A stretch of DNA of 35,795 nucleotides from Chiloscyllium plagiosum (lineage: Eukaryota): NCBI RefSeq assembly GCF_004010195.1, contig NC_057756.1:5028805-5064599 (forward strand), read 5' to 3'. The position numbers were made by a program, and so were the translations under genes. Shown piece by piece: positions 1 to 9,795 of the stretch. The notes beneath the pieces are model-generated. The model had not been told where the DNA came from. It worked only from the letters and a program-made list of their open reading frames with translations, and ran no database searches. How positions within the stretch are numbered: position 1 is the first letter of the stretch; each line of letters begins with the position of its first letter.

Positions 1-91
1 GCTGGAGGGGGTTACAGAGATAGGGAGGGGGTGTAGGAGCTGGAGGGGGTTACAGAGATAGGGAGGGGGTGTAGCGGCCGGAGGGGGTTAC
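1..91 (+). repeat. 38-bp G-rich minisatellite (~2.4 units, truncated by window start)
   Basis: Unit gctggagggggttacagagatagggagggggtgtagga at 1 and 39, third degenerate unit from ~77. Confidence 0.9.
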
Positions 92-188
92 ATTGATCCG
101 GAACATAATGGAGGCTGCAGGAAGCCATAACCAATGTGGGTGCTATTTGTTGCAATGCTCTTCATTCAACTTTGTGTCTGCTCTCAGG

Positions 189-303
189 TTCCTTCTGGGA
201 GGTCGTATCGATTTGTGGACATAGGGCTTTTAACTTTTCATATGACAGAATAAGGTTTGATCCTTTACCTGGGGTGGTCATCTCCAATAAGTACAGTCTG
301 TGA
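189..303 (+). CDS. Candidate terminal coding exon of an unidentified gene lying left of the window
   Basis: Pyrimidine-rich acceptor ttcaactttgtgtctgctctcAG ending at 188, followed by non-repetitive sequence. Phase-1 frame reads xSFWEVVSICGHRAFNFSYDRIRFDPLPGVVISNKYSL* (TGA 301-303); an alternative frame reads FLLGGRIDLWT*. No homolog recognised. Confidence 0.3.
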
Positions 304-644
304 AAACCACTCATCAGTGCTTTCAATCCAAATGAATTTACGTTTGACATCTAATACTTCAGGGTCTCGATTAGAGTGGAGCTGCTCCAGCTTGATAAGG
401 CATTCCAGTTCACCACTCATCCTACTGCCAAACTGGTATTTCCCCTCCCCCCACCGTGCTCTCTCTATTTAGGGGAGGGGTCATGTCAAGCTCAGCCTGT
501 CGTCAGCCTGATGCAGCCCTCCCTTCTCCTGAGCTAAAGTGGGATGGGAGAGGTGAGGGTGTGGGCTCTGACACATGAGGGAGCCTGTCTCCCCTTCACT
601 GTATTGACCCCTTGTCAACTGGAATTGGTTCCCACTTCCATCGT

Positions 645-1370
645 CATGGAAGCAGGAGTAGGCCTTTTGGCCCATCGAGCCTGTTCCACCATTCGGTAAG
701 ATCGGGGATGATCTATCCATCATCCCAGCCCCTCCACCCTGCATTGTTCCCATGACCCTTCAGTCCCCTACCATGCAAACACCAATCCAACAGTCTCTTG
801 AATGTCTTTCATGTCTCTATGGTAGAGAATTCCATAGTTTCACTAGTGTCTGGGAAAGGCATCTCTGTCCGAAATCTACTCCCCCTCATCTTGAGGCCAT
901 GTTCCATCGTCCTACTCTCACCCACCAGCAGAAACAACTTGCCTGTCTCTGTTTTATAGATTAGATTAGATTACAGTGTGGAAACAGGCCCTTCGGCCCA
1001 ACAAGTCCACACCGACCCGCCGAAGCGAAACCCACCCATACCCCTACATTTACCCCTTACCTAACACTACGGGCAATTTAGCATGGCCAATTCACCTGAC
1101 CCTGCACATCTTTGGACTGTGGGAAGAAACCGGAGCACCCGGAGGAAACCCACGCAGACACGGGGAGAACGTGCAAACTCCACACAGTCAGTCGCCTGAG
1201 GCGGGAATTGAACCCGGGTCTCAGGCGCTGTGAGGCAGCAGTGCTAACCACTGTGCCACCGTGCCGCCCGGTTATCTATTCCTTTGGTTATCTATTCCTT
1301 GGTTATCAAACAGTGGTTATCTATTCCTTTGAACATTTTATATGTTTCTGTAAGATCCCCTCTCATTTGA
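645..1370 (-). mobile_element. Old CR1-clade LINE 3' fragment, interrupted by a SINE at 957-1269
   Basis: gcaggagtaggcc...ggcccatcgagcctgttccaccattc (reverse of a CR1 3' tail) and agagaattccatagtttcact; resumes after the SINE as ttatctattcctttgaacattttatatgtttctgtaagatcccctctcatt. Confidence 0.75.
957..1269 (-). mobile_element. Full-length HE1-type tRNA-derived V-SINE
   Basis: Minus strand begins GGGCGGCACGGTGGCACAGTGGTTAGC (A box), has B box GGTTCAATTCC, the V-domain-like core, a CR1-like 3' tail and (AATCT)n end repeats. Confidence 0.92.
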
Positions 1371-1799
1371 CTCAGGCACTCAGGCATCTCTCCCTGTCCC
1401 CTGTGTCCCCTCATTAAAAACAGACCACAGTTTCCCCAGAGTGAGTCAGACGCTGGGCGAAGGAAATTGCGCGCTGTCTGGGCAGTTAATCCCCACAGGA
1501 TGGGATGGGGAGTAGACTGCAAGGAGCCGTCTCAGCCGCCAAGAGGTTTGGGAGTTAAGTCTGTGAGTCTTCCCGAGCGGTTCCCATTCAAATCTGATTC
1601 GCAGNNNNNNNNNNNNNNNNNNNNNNNNNNNNNNNNNNNNNNNNNNNNNNNNNNNNNNNNNNNNNNNNNNNNNNNNNNNNNNNNNNNNNNNNNNNNNNNN
1701 NNNNNNNNNNNNNNNNNNNNNNNNNNNNNNNNNNNNNNCAGCTCCGTGGGGTGGGGGGGGGGGGGGGGGGGGGGAAGCCCTATCTCTCGGATCAAAGTG

Positions 1800-2282
1800 A
1801 TTCAGGAGAGAGTGGGGATTGCGGATGCTGGAGATCAGAGTCAAAAACCTGGGAAAGCAAGGCCAGTCAGGCAGCATCCGAAGGGGCAGGAGAGTCGATG
1901 TTCCGAGCATCAGGAATGTGGAGGGGTGGTGGGTCGCGGGGTGCTGAGAGATAAATGGGAGGGGATGGAGGGAAGGAAGCTGGGAATGCGACAGGTGATG
2001 ATCCAGCCCTCCAACCTGACACCGCCATCTTGAACTATCCTACCTGTCCGGTCCACCCCGTCCTATCACCACCGTCATCCCCTCCCCCACCGCCATCATC
2101 GACCTATCGCCTTCCCAGTGACATTGCACTCAGCCCCAGTCTCCTCCCATTGATCTCTCAGCTCCCTTGGGCAACACCCCCACATTCCTGATGAAGGGCC
2201 TACGCTCAAACCACCGACTCTCCTGCTCCTCGGATGCTGCCTGACCAGCCGCACGTTTCCAGCACCACATTTTGGACTCAAA
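1800..2282. mobile_element. Two diverged, oppositely oriented Penelope-like terminal fragments
   Basis: 1800-2000 (minus) and ~2030-2282 (plus) both match the terminus at 3810-4075 (cattcctgatgaagggc...ctcctgctcctcggatgctgcctgacc...ccagcaccaca). Confidence 0.7.
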
Positions 2283-2451
2283 AGTGACGTAGATCATGCT
2301 CAGACGCACAGCCAACACTGCAGCCCCGACCATGCTTCCCTCAGTCTCCATTCCCTCTCCGAATCTGACCGAACCCGTCTCCAGATATCACACCTCTCAT
2401 TGCTGCGCTGAATCGGACAACATGAGCACCTTCGATTAGGTAAGGCTCACC

Positions 2452-2871
2452 TCCATCCAAGGCCACAAAGGAGCCTTCCACATCCATCAAAGTTTCACCT
2501 GCACATCCACACATGTCAGTTATTGTATCCGTTGCTCCCGATGCGGTCTCCTCTACATCGGGGAGACTGGGCGCCTCCGCGCAGAGGGCTTTAGGGAACA
2601 TCTCTGGGACACCCGCACCAATCAACCACACCCCGCCGTGGCCCAACATTTCAACTCCCCCTCCCACTCTGCCGAGGACATGGAGGTCCTGGGCCTCCTT
2701 CAGCCCCGCTCCCTCACCACCAGACGCCTGGAGGAAGAACGCCTCATCTTCCGCCTCGGAACCCTTCAACCCCAGGGCATCAATGTGGACTTCAACAGCT
2801 TCCTCATTTCCCCTTCCCCCACCTCACCCTTGTTCCAAACTCCCAGCTCAGCACCATCCTCATGACCTGTC
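2452..2871 (+). mobile_element. Penelope-like element GIY-YIG endonuclease fragment (open frame 2452-2865)
   Basis: Translates as FTCTSTHVSYCIRCSRCGLLYIGETGR...FREHL...VAQHFNSPSH...EEERLIFRLGTLQPQGIN, typical of a PLE GIY-YIG domain. Confidence 0.9.
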
Positions 2872-3589
2872 NNNNNNNNNNNNNNNNNNNNNNNNNNNNN
2901 NNNNNNNNNNNNNNNNNNNNNNNNNNNNNNNNNNNNNNNNNNNNNNNNNNNNNNNNNNNNNNNNNNNNNNNNNNNNNNNNNNNNNNNNNNNNNNNNNNNN
3001 NNNNNNNNNNNNNNNNNNNNNNNNNNNNNNNNNNNNNNNNNNNNNNNNNNNNNNNNNNNNNNNNNNNNNNNNNNNNNNNNNNNNNNNNNNNNNNNNNNNN
3101 NNNNNNNNNNNNNNNNNNNNNNNNNNNNNNNNNNNNNNNNNNNNNNNNNNNNNNNNNNNNNNNNNNNNNNNNNNNNNNNNNNNNNNNNNNNNNNNNNNNN
3201 NNNNNNNNNNNNNNNNNNNNNNNNNNNNNNNNNNNNNNNNNNNNNNNNNNNNNNNNNNNNNNNNNNNNNNNNNNNNNNNNNNNNNNNNNNNNNNNNNNNN
3301 NNNNNNNNNNNNNNNNNNNNNNNNNNNNNNNNNNNNNNNNNNNNNNNNNNNNNNNNNNNNNNNNNNNNNNNNNNNNNNNNNNNNNNNNNNNNNNNNNNNN
3401 NNNNNNNNNNNNNNNNNNNNNNNNNNNNNNNNNNNNNNNNNNNNNNNNNNNNNNNNNNNNNNNNNNNNNNNNNNNNNNNNNNNNNNNNNNNNNNNNNNNN
3501 NNNNNNNNNNNNNNNNNNNNNNNNNNNNNNNNNNNNNNNNNNNNNNNNNNNNNNNNNNNNNNNNNNNNNNNNNNNNNNNNNNNNNNNNN

Positions 3590-3800
3590 ATGGAGGTATC
3601 CCTTGGGGCCTTGGAGGGAAGTGAGGGGGGAGGTGTGGGCGCAAGTTTTGCATTTCTTGCGGTTGCAGGGGAAGGTGCCGGGAGTGGCGGTTGGGTTGGT
3701 GGGGGGTGTGGACCTGACTAGGGAGTCACGGAGGGAGTGGTCTTTTCGGAACGCTGGTAGGGGTGGGGAGGGGAGGGAAATATATCCCTGGTGGTGGGGT
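3590..3800 (-). mobile_element. Penelope-like element ORF fragment (linker with CxxxxCxxC just upstream of GIY-YIG)
   Basis: PPLPAFRKDHSLRDSLVRS...PGTFPCNRKKCKTCAHTSPLTSLQGPKG in ORF 2804-3934(-). Confidence 0.85.
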
Positions 3801-3809
3801 CTGTTTGGA

Positions 3810-4075
3810 GGTGGTCCGTTTGGACCCACCACCTGCAATCTTCTTCCTGACCTCTCCGCCCCCACCCCACTCCGGCCTATCACCCTCACCTTGACCTCCC
3901 TCCACTTATCGCATTTCCAACGCCCCTCCTCCAAGTCCCTCCTCCCTACCTTTTATCTTAGCCTGCTGGACACACTTTCCTCATTCCTGAAGAAGGCCTT
4001 ATGCCCGAAACGTCGATTCTCCAGCTCCTTGGATGCTGCCTGACCTGCTGCACTTTTCCAGCAACACATTTTCAG
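3810..4075 (+). mobile_element. Penelope-like 3' terminus (pseudo-LTR) with hammerhead-like core
   Basis: C-rich UTR, then cattcCTGAAGAaggccttatgcccGAAACGTCgattctcc...gctgcacttttccagcaacaca. Confidence 0.8.
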
Positions 4076-4089
4076 CAAACTATCAACCC

Positions 4090-4305
4090 ATTTAATCCAC
4101 AGAGCATCATACCCGGACCCACCCTGACCCTCTAGCCCGCGCATCTTTGGACAGTGGGAGGAATCTGGGACAAACCCGCGCAGATATGGGAAGGAGAGGC
4201 TGGAGGGAACGCGCAAACTCCACACCGGCGGTCATCTCTTGGGGTGGGAATCGAACTCGGGTCCCCGGCGGCGTGAGGCTGCAGTGCTAACCCACTGAGC
4301 CACAC
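4090..4305 (-). mobile_element. Degenerate HE1-type SINE
   Basis: gcatctttggacagtgggagg...ggaatcgaactcgggtcccc...cagtgctaacccactgagccac. Confidence 0.75.
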
Positions 4306-4321
4306 AGAAGGAGAGCTTCGG

Positions 4322-4460
4322 GGAAAGTGAGGGCTGCAGATGCTAGAGATCAGAATCAAAAAGTGTGGCGCTAGGAAAGCGCAGCAGGTCAGGCAGCATC
4401 CACGGAGCAGGCGAGTCGACGTTTCGGGCACGAGCCCTTCATCGGGAGCATTCCTGATCA
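4322..4460 (-). mobile_element. Penelope-like terminus, reverse orientation
   Basis: aaagtgagggctgcagatgctagagatcag...ggcagcatcc...gtcgacgtttcgggcacgagcccttcatcgg. Confidence 0.75.
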
Positions 4461-5694
4461 GAAGGAGCATGTAGGTGGTGGGTCGGATAACAGGAACGTC
4501 ACTTGCTTAGTCATCCAGAGGCCAACTGCTCTCGGGGCAGGGGCTAAGACTTCACTATGGCAGCTTCAGTTGATATAAAGGTGAATAGGGAGTCAGTCAA
4601 TGTTGAAAGTTGCCATTCAGTCCACAGGATATCCCGTGGAGGGAAGGAAGTCAGTCTCTGATTTCTTCCCCAGGTAAGCGGGAAGGGTAGGGTCACCAAC
4701 TCCAAGGAAGCAAATCCTCAGTCCCCACCTTCCCTTTCCCCTTTGGTGACCTTTCCGCCCTCGAAACCGAGTGACAGCGGGCCAGGTTTAGAGTTCAGGA
4801 GTTCCATCAGGGGTGAGCAGTAAGGCTTTGCCAGCGATGCCCACCTCCTATCCATTAGTGTCCCCCCCCTCATGCTGTGTGGGCATCACTCTGGTACCTT
4901 TGAGCTCACCCACGTGGGGCATGAATGACACCAGAAATCTGTCACTGCTTCTGGACTCTTGGGGGTCCCAGTGGACACTGAAACAGTAATTAGAGACGCC
5001 ATCCTAATGGCCAGTCATCTGANNNNNNNNNNNNNNNNNNNNNNNNNNNNNNNNNNNNNNNNNNNNNNNNNNNNNNNNNNNNNNNNNNNNNNNNNNNNNN
5101 NNNNNNNNNNNNNNNNNNNNNNNNNNNNNNNNNNNNNNNNNNNNNNNNNNNNNNNNNNNNNNNNNNNNNNNNNNNNNNNNNNNNNNNNNNNNNNNNNNNN
5201 NNNNNNNNNNNNNNNNNNNNNNNNNNNNNNNNNNNNNNNNNNNNNNNNNNNNNNNNNNNNNNNNNNNNNNNNNNNNNNNNNNNNNNNNNNNNNNNNNNNN
5301 NNNNNNNNNNNNNNNNNNNNNNNNNNNNNNNNNNNNNNNNNNNNNNNNNNNNNNNNNNNNNNNNNNNNNNNNNNNNNNNNNNNNNNNNNNNNNNNNNNNN
5401 NNNNNNNNNNNNNNNNNNNNNNNNNNNNNNNNNNNNNNNNNNNNNNNNNNNNNNNNNNNNNNNNNNNNNNNNNNNNNNNNNNNNNNNNNNNNNNNNNNNN
5501 NNNNNNNNNNNNNNNNNNNNNNACCATCCAGCTACCCAATAAAAGCTAACAACCATCTTACAACTCAAGACTGAATAATATTGAAATCTCTGGGAATCCA
5601 GGGACGCGTCTATGGAACTCATTCTCCGGCCCTAACCCTTTTGGTCCTGGACATTATTCCATGGAGTTTTCAGGGGTGCGGTGGGTGAGTACAG

Positions 5695-6395
5695 TGGGTG
5701 GCATGGGGGCTGAGTGTGTTCGCACTGCTACATCACAGTGCCAGGCCTGTGTGGAGTTTACATATTCTCCCCGTGTCTGTGTGGATTTCCTCTGGGTGCT
5801 CCAGTTTCCTCCCAGAGTCCAAAGATGTGCAGGTTAGGGTGGATTGGACATACAAAAGTGCCCCATAGAGTTCAGGGTTGTGCAGGTTAGGGTGGATTGG
5901 CCGTGCTAAATTGTCCCATAGTGTTCAGGGTTGTGCAGGTTAGGGTGGATTGGCCATTCTAAATTGTCCCATAGTGCCCAGGGATGTATAGGTTAGGGTG
6001 GATTGGCCATGCTAAATTGTCCTGTAGTGCCCAAGGATGTGGAGGTTAGGGTGGATTGGCCATGCTTAATTGTCCCATAGTGTCCAGGGATGTGCAGGTT
6101 AGGGTGGATTGGCCGTGCTAAATTGTCCCATAGTGCCCAGGGATGTGCAGGTTAGGGTGGATTGGCCATGCTAAATTGTCCCATAGTGCCCAGGGATGTA
6201 CAGGGTAGGGTGGATTGGCCATGCTAAATTGTCCCATAGTGCCCAGTGATGTGCAGTTTAGGGTGGATTGGCCATTGAAGATGCAGGGTGACAGGGATGG
6301 GATGGGGGAATGGTGGGTCTGAGTGGGATGCCCTGCAGAGGTCAGCATGGACCCGATGGGCCAAATGTCCGGTTTCCACTCTGTGGGATTCTCTG
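5695..6395 (+). mobile_element. HE1-type SINE with internal 53-bp tandem array (~8-9 units, ~5825-6275)
   Basis: Degenerate SINE head, gtgtggagtttacatattctccccgtgtctg, repeated gggatgtgcaggttagggtggattggccatgctaaattgtcccatagtgccca, then SINE tail. Confidence 0.85.
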
Positions 6396-6465
6396 ATAGC
6401 CAGTTTGACTTTGAGATTCAGGAGCTGAAGCAGTTCAGACTGAGACTGGAGGCTGGAAAATGAAA

Positions 6466-7132
6466 TATAGAGTCATAGAGATGTACAGCATGGAAACAGA
6501 CCCTTCGGTCCAACCCGTCCATGCCGACCAGATATCCCAACCCAATCTAGTCCCACCCACCAACGCCTGGCCCATATCCCTCCAAACCCTTCCCATTCAC
6601 ATACCCATCCAAATCCCTCTTAAATGTTGCAATTGTACCAGCCTCCACCACATCCTCTGGCAGCGCATTCCATACACGTACCACCCTCTGCGTGAAAAGG
6701 TTGCCCCTGAGGTCTCTTTTATATCTTTCTCCTCTCACCCTAAACCTATGCCCTCTATCTCTGGACTCCCCGACCCCAGGGAAAAGACCTTGTCTATTTA
6801 CCCTATCCATGACCCTCATGATTTTGTAAACCTCTATATAATGTCACCCCTCAGCCTCCGGCACTCCAGGGAAAACAGCCCCAGCCTGTTCAGCCTCTCC
6901 CTGTAGCTCAAATCCTCCAACCCTGGCAACATCCTTGTAAATCTTTTCTGAACCCTTTCAAGTTTCACAACATCTTTCCGATAGGAGGGAGACCAGAATT
7001 GCACGCGATATTCCAACAGTGGCCTAACCAATGTCCTGTACAGCTGCAGCATGACCTCCCAACTCCTGTACTCAATACTCTGACCAATAAAGGAAAGCAT
7101 ACCAAACGCCTTCTTCACTATCCTATCTACCT
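6466..7132 (-). mobile_element. HER1/CR1 LINE 3' ~660 bp
   Basis: ORFs 6834-7118 and 6547-6819 (LYRTLVRPLLEY..QFWSP..LERVQKRFTRMLPGL..LFSLE.RRLRGD..FTQRVVRVWNALP) plus the CR1 3' tail. Confidence 0.93.
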
Positions 7133-7134
7133 GG

Positions 7135-7342
7135 AGGAGGGGAAAAATGTCTGCCTGTAAGAGCTGCTCCTTTTTTTGAGGTATTTTAGGTGGTGGAGGT
7201 GATTTCCTCGAATTCCAGGAGCAGCAATTACTGTTTTATATGCTGTTGCATTGTTTTGGAAAGTTGGATAAAACAAGTCAAAACAACACCAGTTTTAAAA
7301 GGGTGATAAACAGACAAAGGAAGCACATGGTGAGGACAGTGC

Positions 7343-7380
<38 letters not shown>

Positions 7381-7402
7381 AAGAGAGAGAGAAAGAGAGA
7401 GA
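7135..7402 (+). repeat. Unclassified interspersed repeat ending in (GA)n
   Basis: 7140-7235 has a diverged inverted copy at ~10632-10720; (GA)n at 7346-7402. Confidence 0.6.
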
Positions 7403-7444
7403 AATATAGGGCAGCCCTTGAGTACTGCAGAAACATTATGCTGT

Positions 7445-8660
7445 CTTTTAGGGTGACAAGGTGGGGTGAGCTGCCTTCTTGAACCGCTGCAATCAGACCC
7501 CAATGGCCATTAGGGAGAGAATTCCAGGATTCTGACCCAGTGACACTGAAGGAACAGCGATAGGTTTCCAAGTCGGGATGGCGAGGGGCTCAGAGGGGAA
7601 CTTGCAGGGGGTAGTGTTCCCATGTATCTGCTGCCCCTCGTCCTTCTAAATGGAGGTGGCCATGGGTTTGGAAGGTGTCATCTGAGGATCTTTGGTGAAT
7701 TTCCCATCTTTGGAGATGGGACAACTTGCTGCTACTGAGCGTCGGAGTGGGAGGGAGTGGGTGTTTGTGGGTGTGGTGCCAATCAAGCGGGGGCTGCTTT
7801 GTCCCGGGATGGTGTCGAGCTACTTGAGTGTTGTTGGAGCTGCCCCCATCCAGGGGCAAATGGGGGAGTCACTCCTGACTTATGCCTTGTCAATGGTGGA
7901 CAGTGGCTCAGTGGGTTAGCACTGCTGCCTCACAGCGCCAGGATCCTGGGTTCGATTCCAGTCTTGGGCGACTGTCTGTGTGGAGTTTGCACATTCTCCC
8001 CGTGTCTGTGTGGGTTTCTTCCAGGTGCTCCGGTTTCCTCCCACAATCCAAAGATGTGTACGTTAGGGTGGATTGGCCGTGCTAAATTGTCCCATAGTGC
8101 CCAGGGATGTGCAGGTTAGGGTGGATTGGCCATGCTAAATTGTCCCATAGTGCCCAGGGATGTGTAGGTTAGGATGGATTGGCCGTGCTAAATTGTCCCA
8201 GAGTGTCCAGGGATGTGCAGGTTAGGGTGGATTGGCCATGCTAAATTGTCCCATTGTGCCCAGGGATGTGCAGGTTAGGGTGGATTGGCCATGCTAACTT
8301 ATCGCATAGTGTTCAGGGATGTGTAGGTTAGGGTGGATTAGTCAGGGGGAAATGTAGAAGAATAGACCTGGGTGAGATACTGTTCGGAGGGTCGGTGTGG
8401 ACATGTTGGGCCAAAGGGCCTGTTTCCACACTGTAGGGAACCTATGAGTCAGGAGGTGAGTTACTTGCTGCAGGATTCCCAGCCTCTGACCTACCCTTGT
8501 TGTCACAGTATGCACAATGTGAGCCCATCTGAGTTTCTGGTCAATGGTGACCCACAGGGTGTTGTTCGTTGGGGGGGAATTCAGTGATGATTATGTCAAG
8601 GGATGGTGGTTCGGCTGTTCCTTGTTGGAGATGATCATCGCCTGGTAATTGTGTGCCTTT
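7445..8660 (-). mobile_element. Non-CR1 LINE 3' region (possibly RTE-X-like), split by a SINE at ~7897-8445
   Basis: Continuous LINE-like sequence ...actcctgacttatgccttgtcaatggtggacag | SINE | gagtcaggaggtgagttact...; peptide RGAADTWEHYPLQVPL in ORF 7590-7859(-). Clade assignment from memory only. Confidence 0.6.
7897..8445 (+). mobile_element. HE1-type SINE with ~5-6 tandem 53-bp core units
   Basis: A-box-like TGGCTCAGTGG, B box GGTTCGATTCC, array ~8055-8345, tail gggccaaagggcctgtttccacactgtaggg. Confidence 0.9.
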
Positions 8661-8829
8661 AACTGGACTCAACCAAAACCAAAATTAGCACGGGTGCTGG
8701 ATATCGGAAACAAGAACCAAAGGTGCTGGAGAAACTCTGGGGGTCTGGCAGCACCTGTGAAGAGAGAAACAGACTTAACTTTAAGCGAAACTTGAAATCT
8801 TATTTTTTTTTCTCTGCCCTCTCTCTCTC

Positions 8830-9460
8830 TCTCTCTCTCTTCCCTTCAATGAGGAGGACCTCGGGCAATTGTGGCAGCCAGCGGGATCTTGCTGTGCACT
8901 GGCCGTGCCTCGGCTCTGACGGCACTTGGAAGGGACTTCCCCGGCGGCTGTGTCGGGGCTGGGCCCCACGGCTGGGTAGGCGCTACGAAAATGCAAAGTA
9001 CTGGCACCGTTCGTTTTTTGGTGGTGGGGGGGGGGGTTGGGGGGAGAAATTGGAGGAGAATGGGATTTGAGCCGACCACAGCCGCTCACAAACACGCTCG
9101 GAAAGGAAACGTGTCCCAAAACCCATCCACGCTACTTCCACGCAGACGAGATCGAACCCACTCTGCTTCTCAACCTTTTCGGTGTAAACACTCCCTTTTT
9201 CCGTTCAGCTGGGTAGGTCTGCCGATGTGGGATTGGCAACAGTTCATGACCGGAAGTCGGACATTCCTGGCTCCTTCACTGGCCAACAAATACAGGCTGC
9301 ACCTTCCCCCCCCCCCCCGGATCGGAACCGTGTGGGAAACTCCAAGGGGATTTTTTTCACACCGGCTTTCAGGAATTGTTTCTGGCAAGCACCTGCGCAG
9401 AATCCAGACGTTTTACCCCCTTCGCCTTGTATTTGCCCACTCACTCAAGGCGTCTGAATC
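8830..9460. promoter_or_regulatory. CpG-rich unique island with kB, ETS, CCAAT and RBPJ-like motifs
   Basis: GGGACTTCCC 8932-8941, ATTGG 9232-9236, ACCGGAAGT 9249-9257, TGTGGGAA 9331-9338 overlapping GGGAAACTCC 9334-9343, GGGGATTTTT 9346-9355. Confidence 0.45.
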
Positions 9461-9469
9461 AGATGGAAA

Positions 9470-9660
9470 CATCATTGCATCCTCCTGACACTTACCCTGC
9501 AACCCAGGCTTAGAGATAGCTCCCTCACCGAAGTTGTTAATGTGTATTGTGATTGGCTGGTACTCATCCCCGTGGTACTCAACCCCGTCATCATCTGCCA
9601 CTCAGTAAAAGACTCATTTATTCCGTATCTCTGTTTCCTGCCTGCTAACCTACTTAATGG
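9470..9660 (-). mobile_element. Degenerate CR1 RT fragment
   Basis: LAGRKQRYGINESFTEWQ and QPITIHINNFGEG match the CR1 RT region before the FADD motif. Confidence 0.7.
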
Positions 9661-9795
9661 GGAGACATCAGCCCTCATGGTATTACTGCTCGGATGTTAA
9701 CCCAGCGACAAGGTAATCTCCCAAAGGCCTGGGTTTGAATCCCACCACAGCAGATGCTGGTATTTGAATTCAGTACAAATCTGGAATTATGTGTT

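Noticed and set aside
1446..5622. Long ORFs of 150-400 aa in the track
   Set aside because: They run through N gaps; the real parts are Penelope fragments or non-coding.
8871..9488. 205-aa ORF over the CpG-rich island
   Set aside because: GTG start, homopolymer-derived Gly/Pro runs, no recognisable domain; many overlapping ORFs reflect GC richness.
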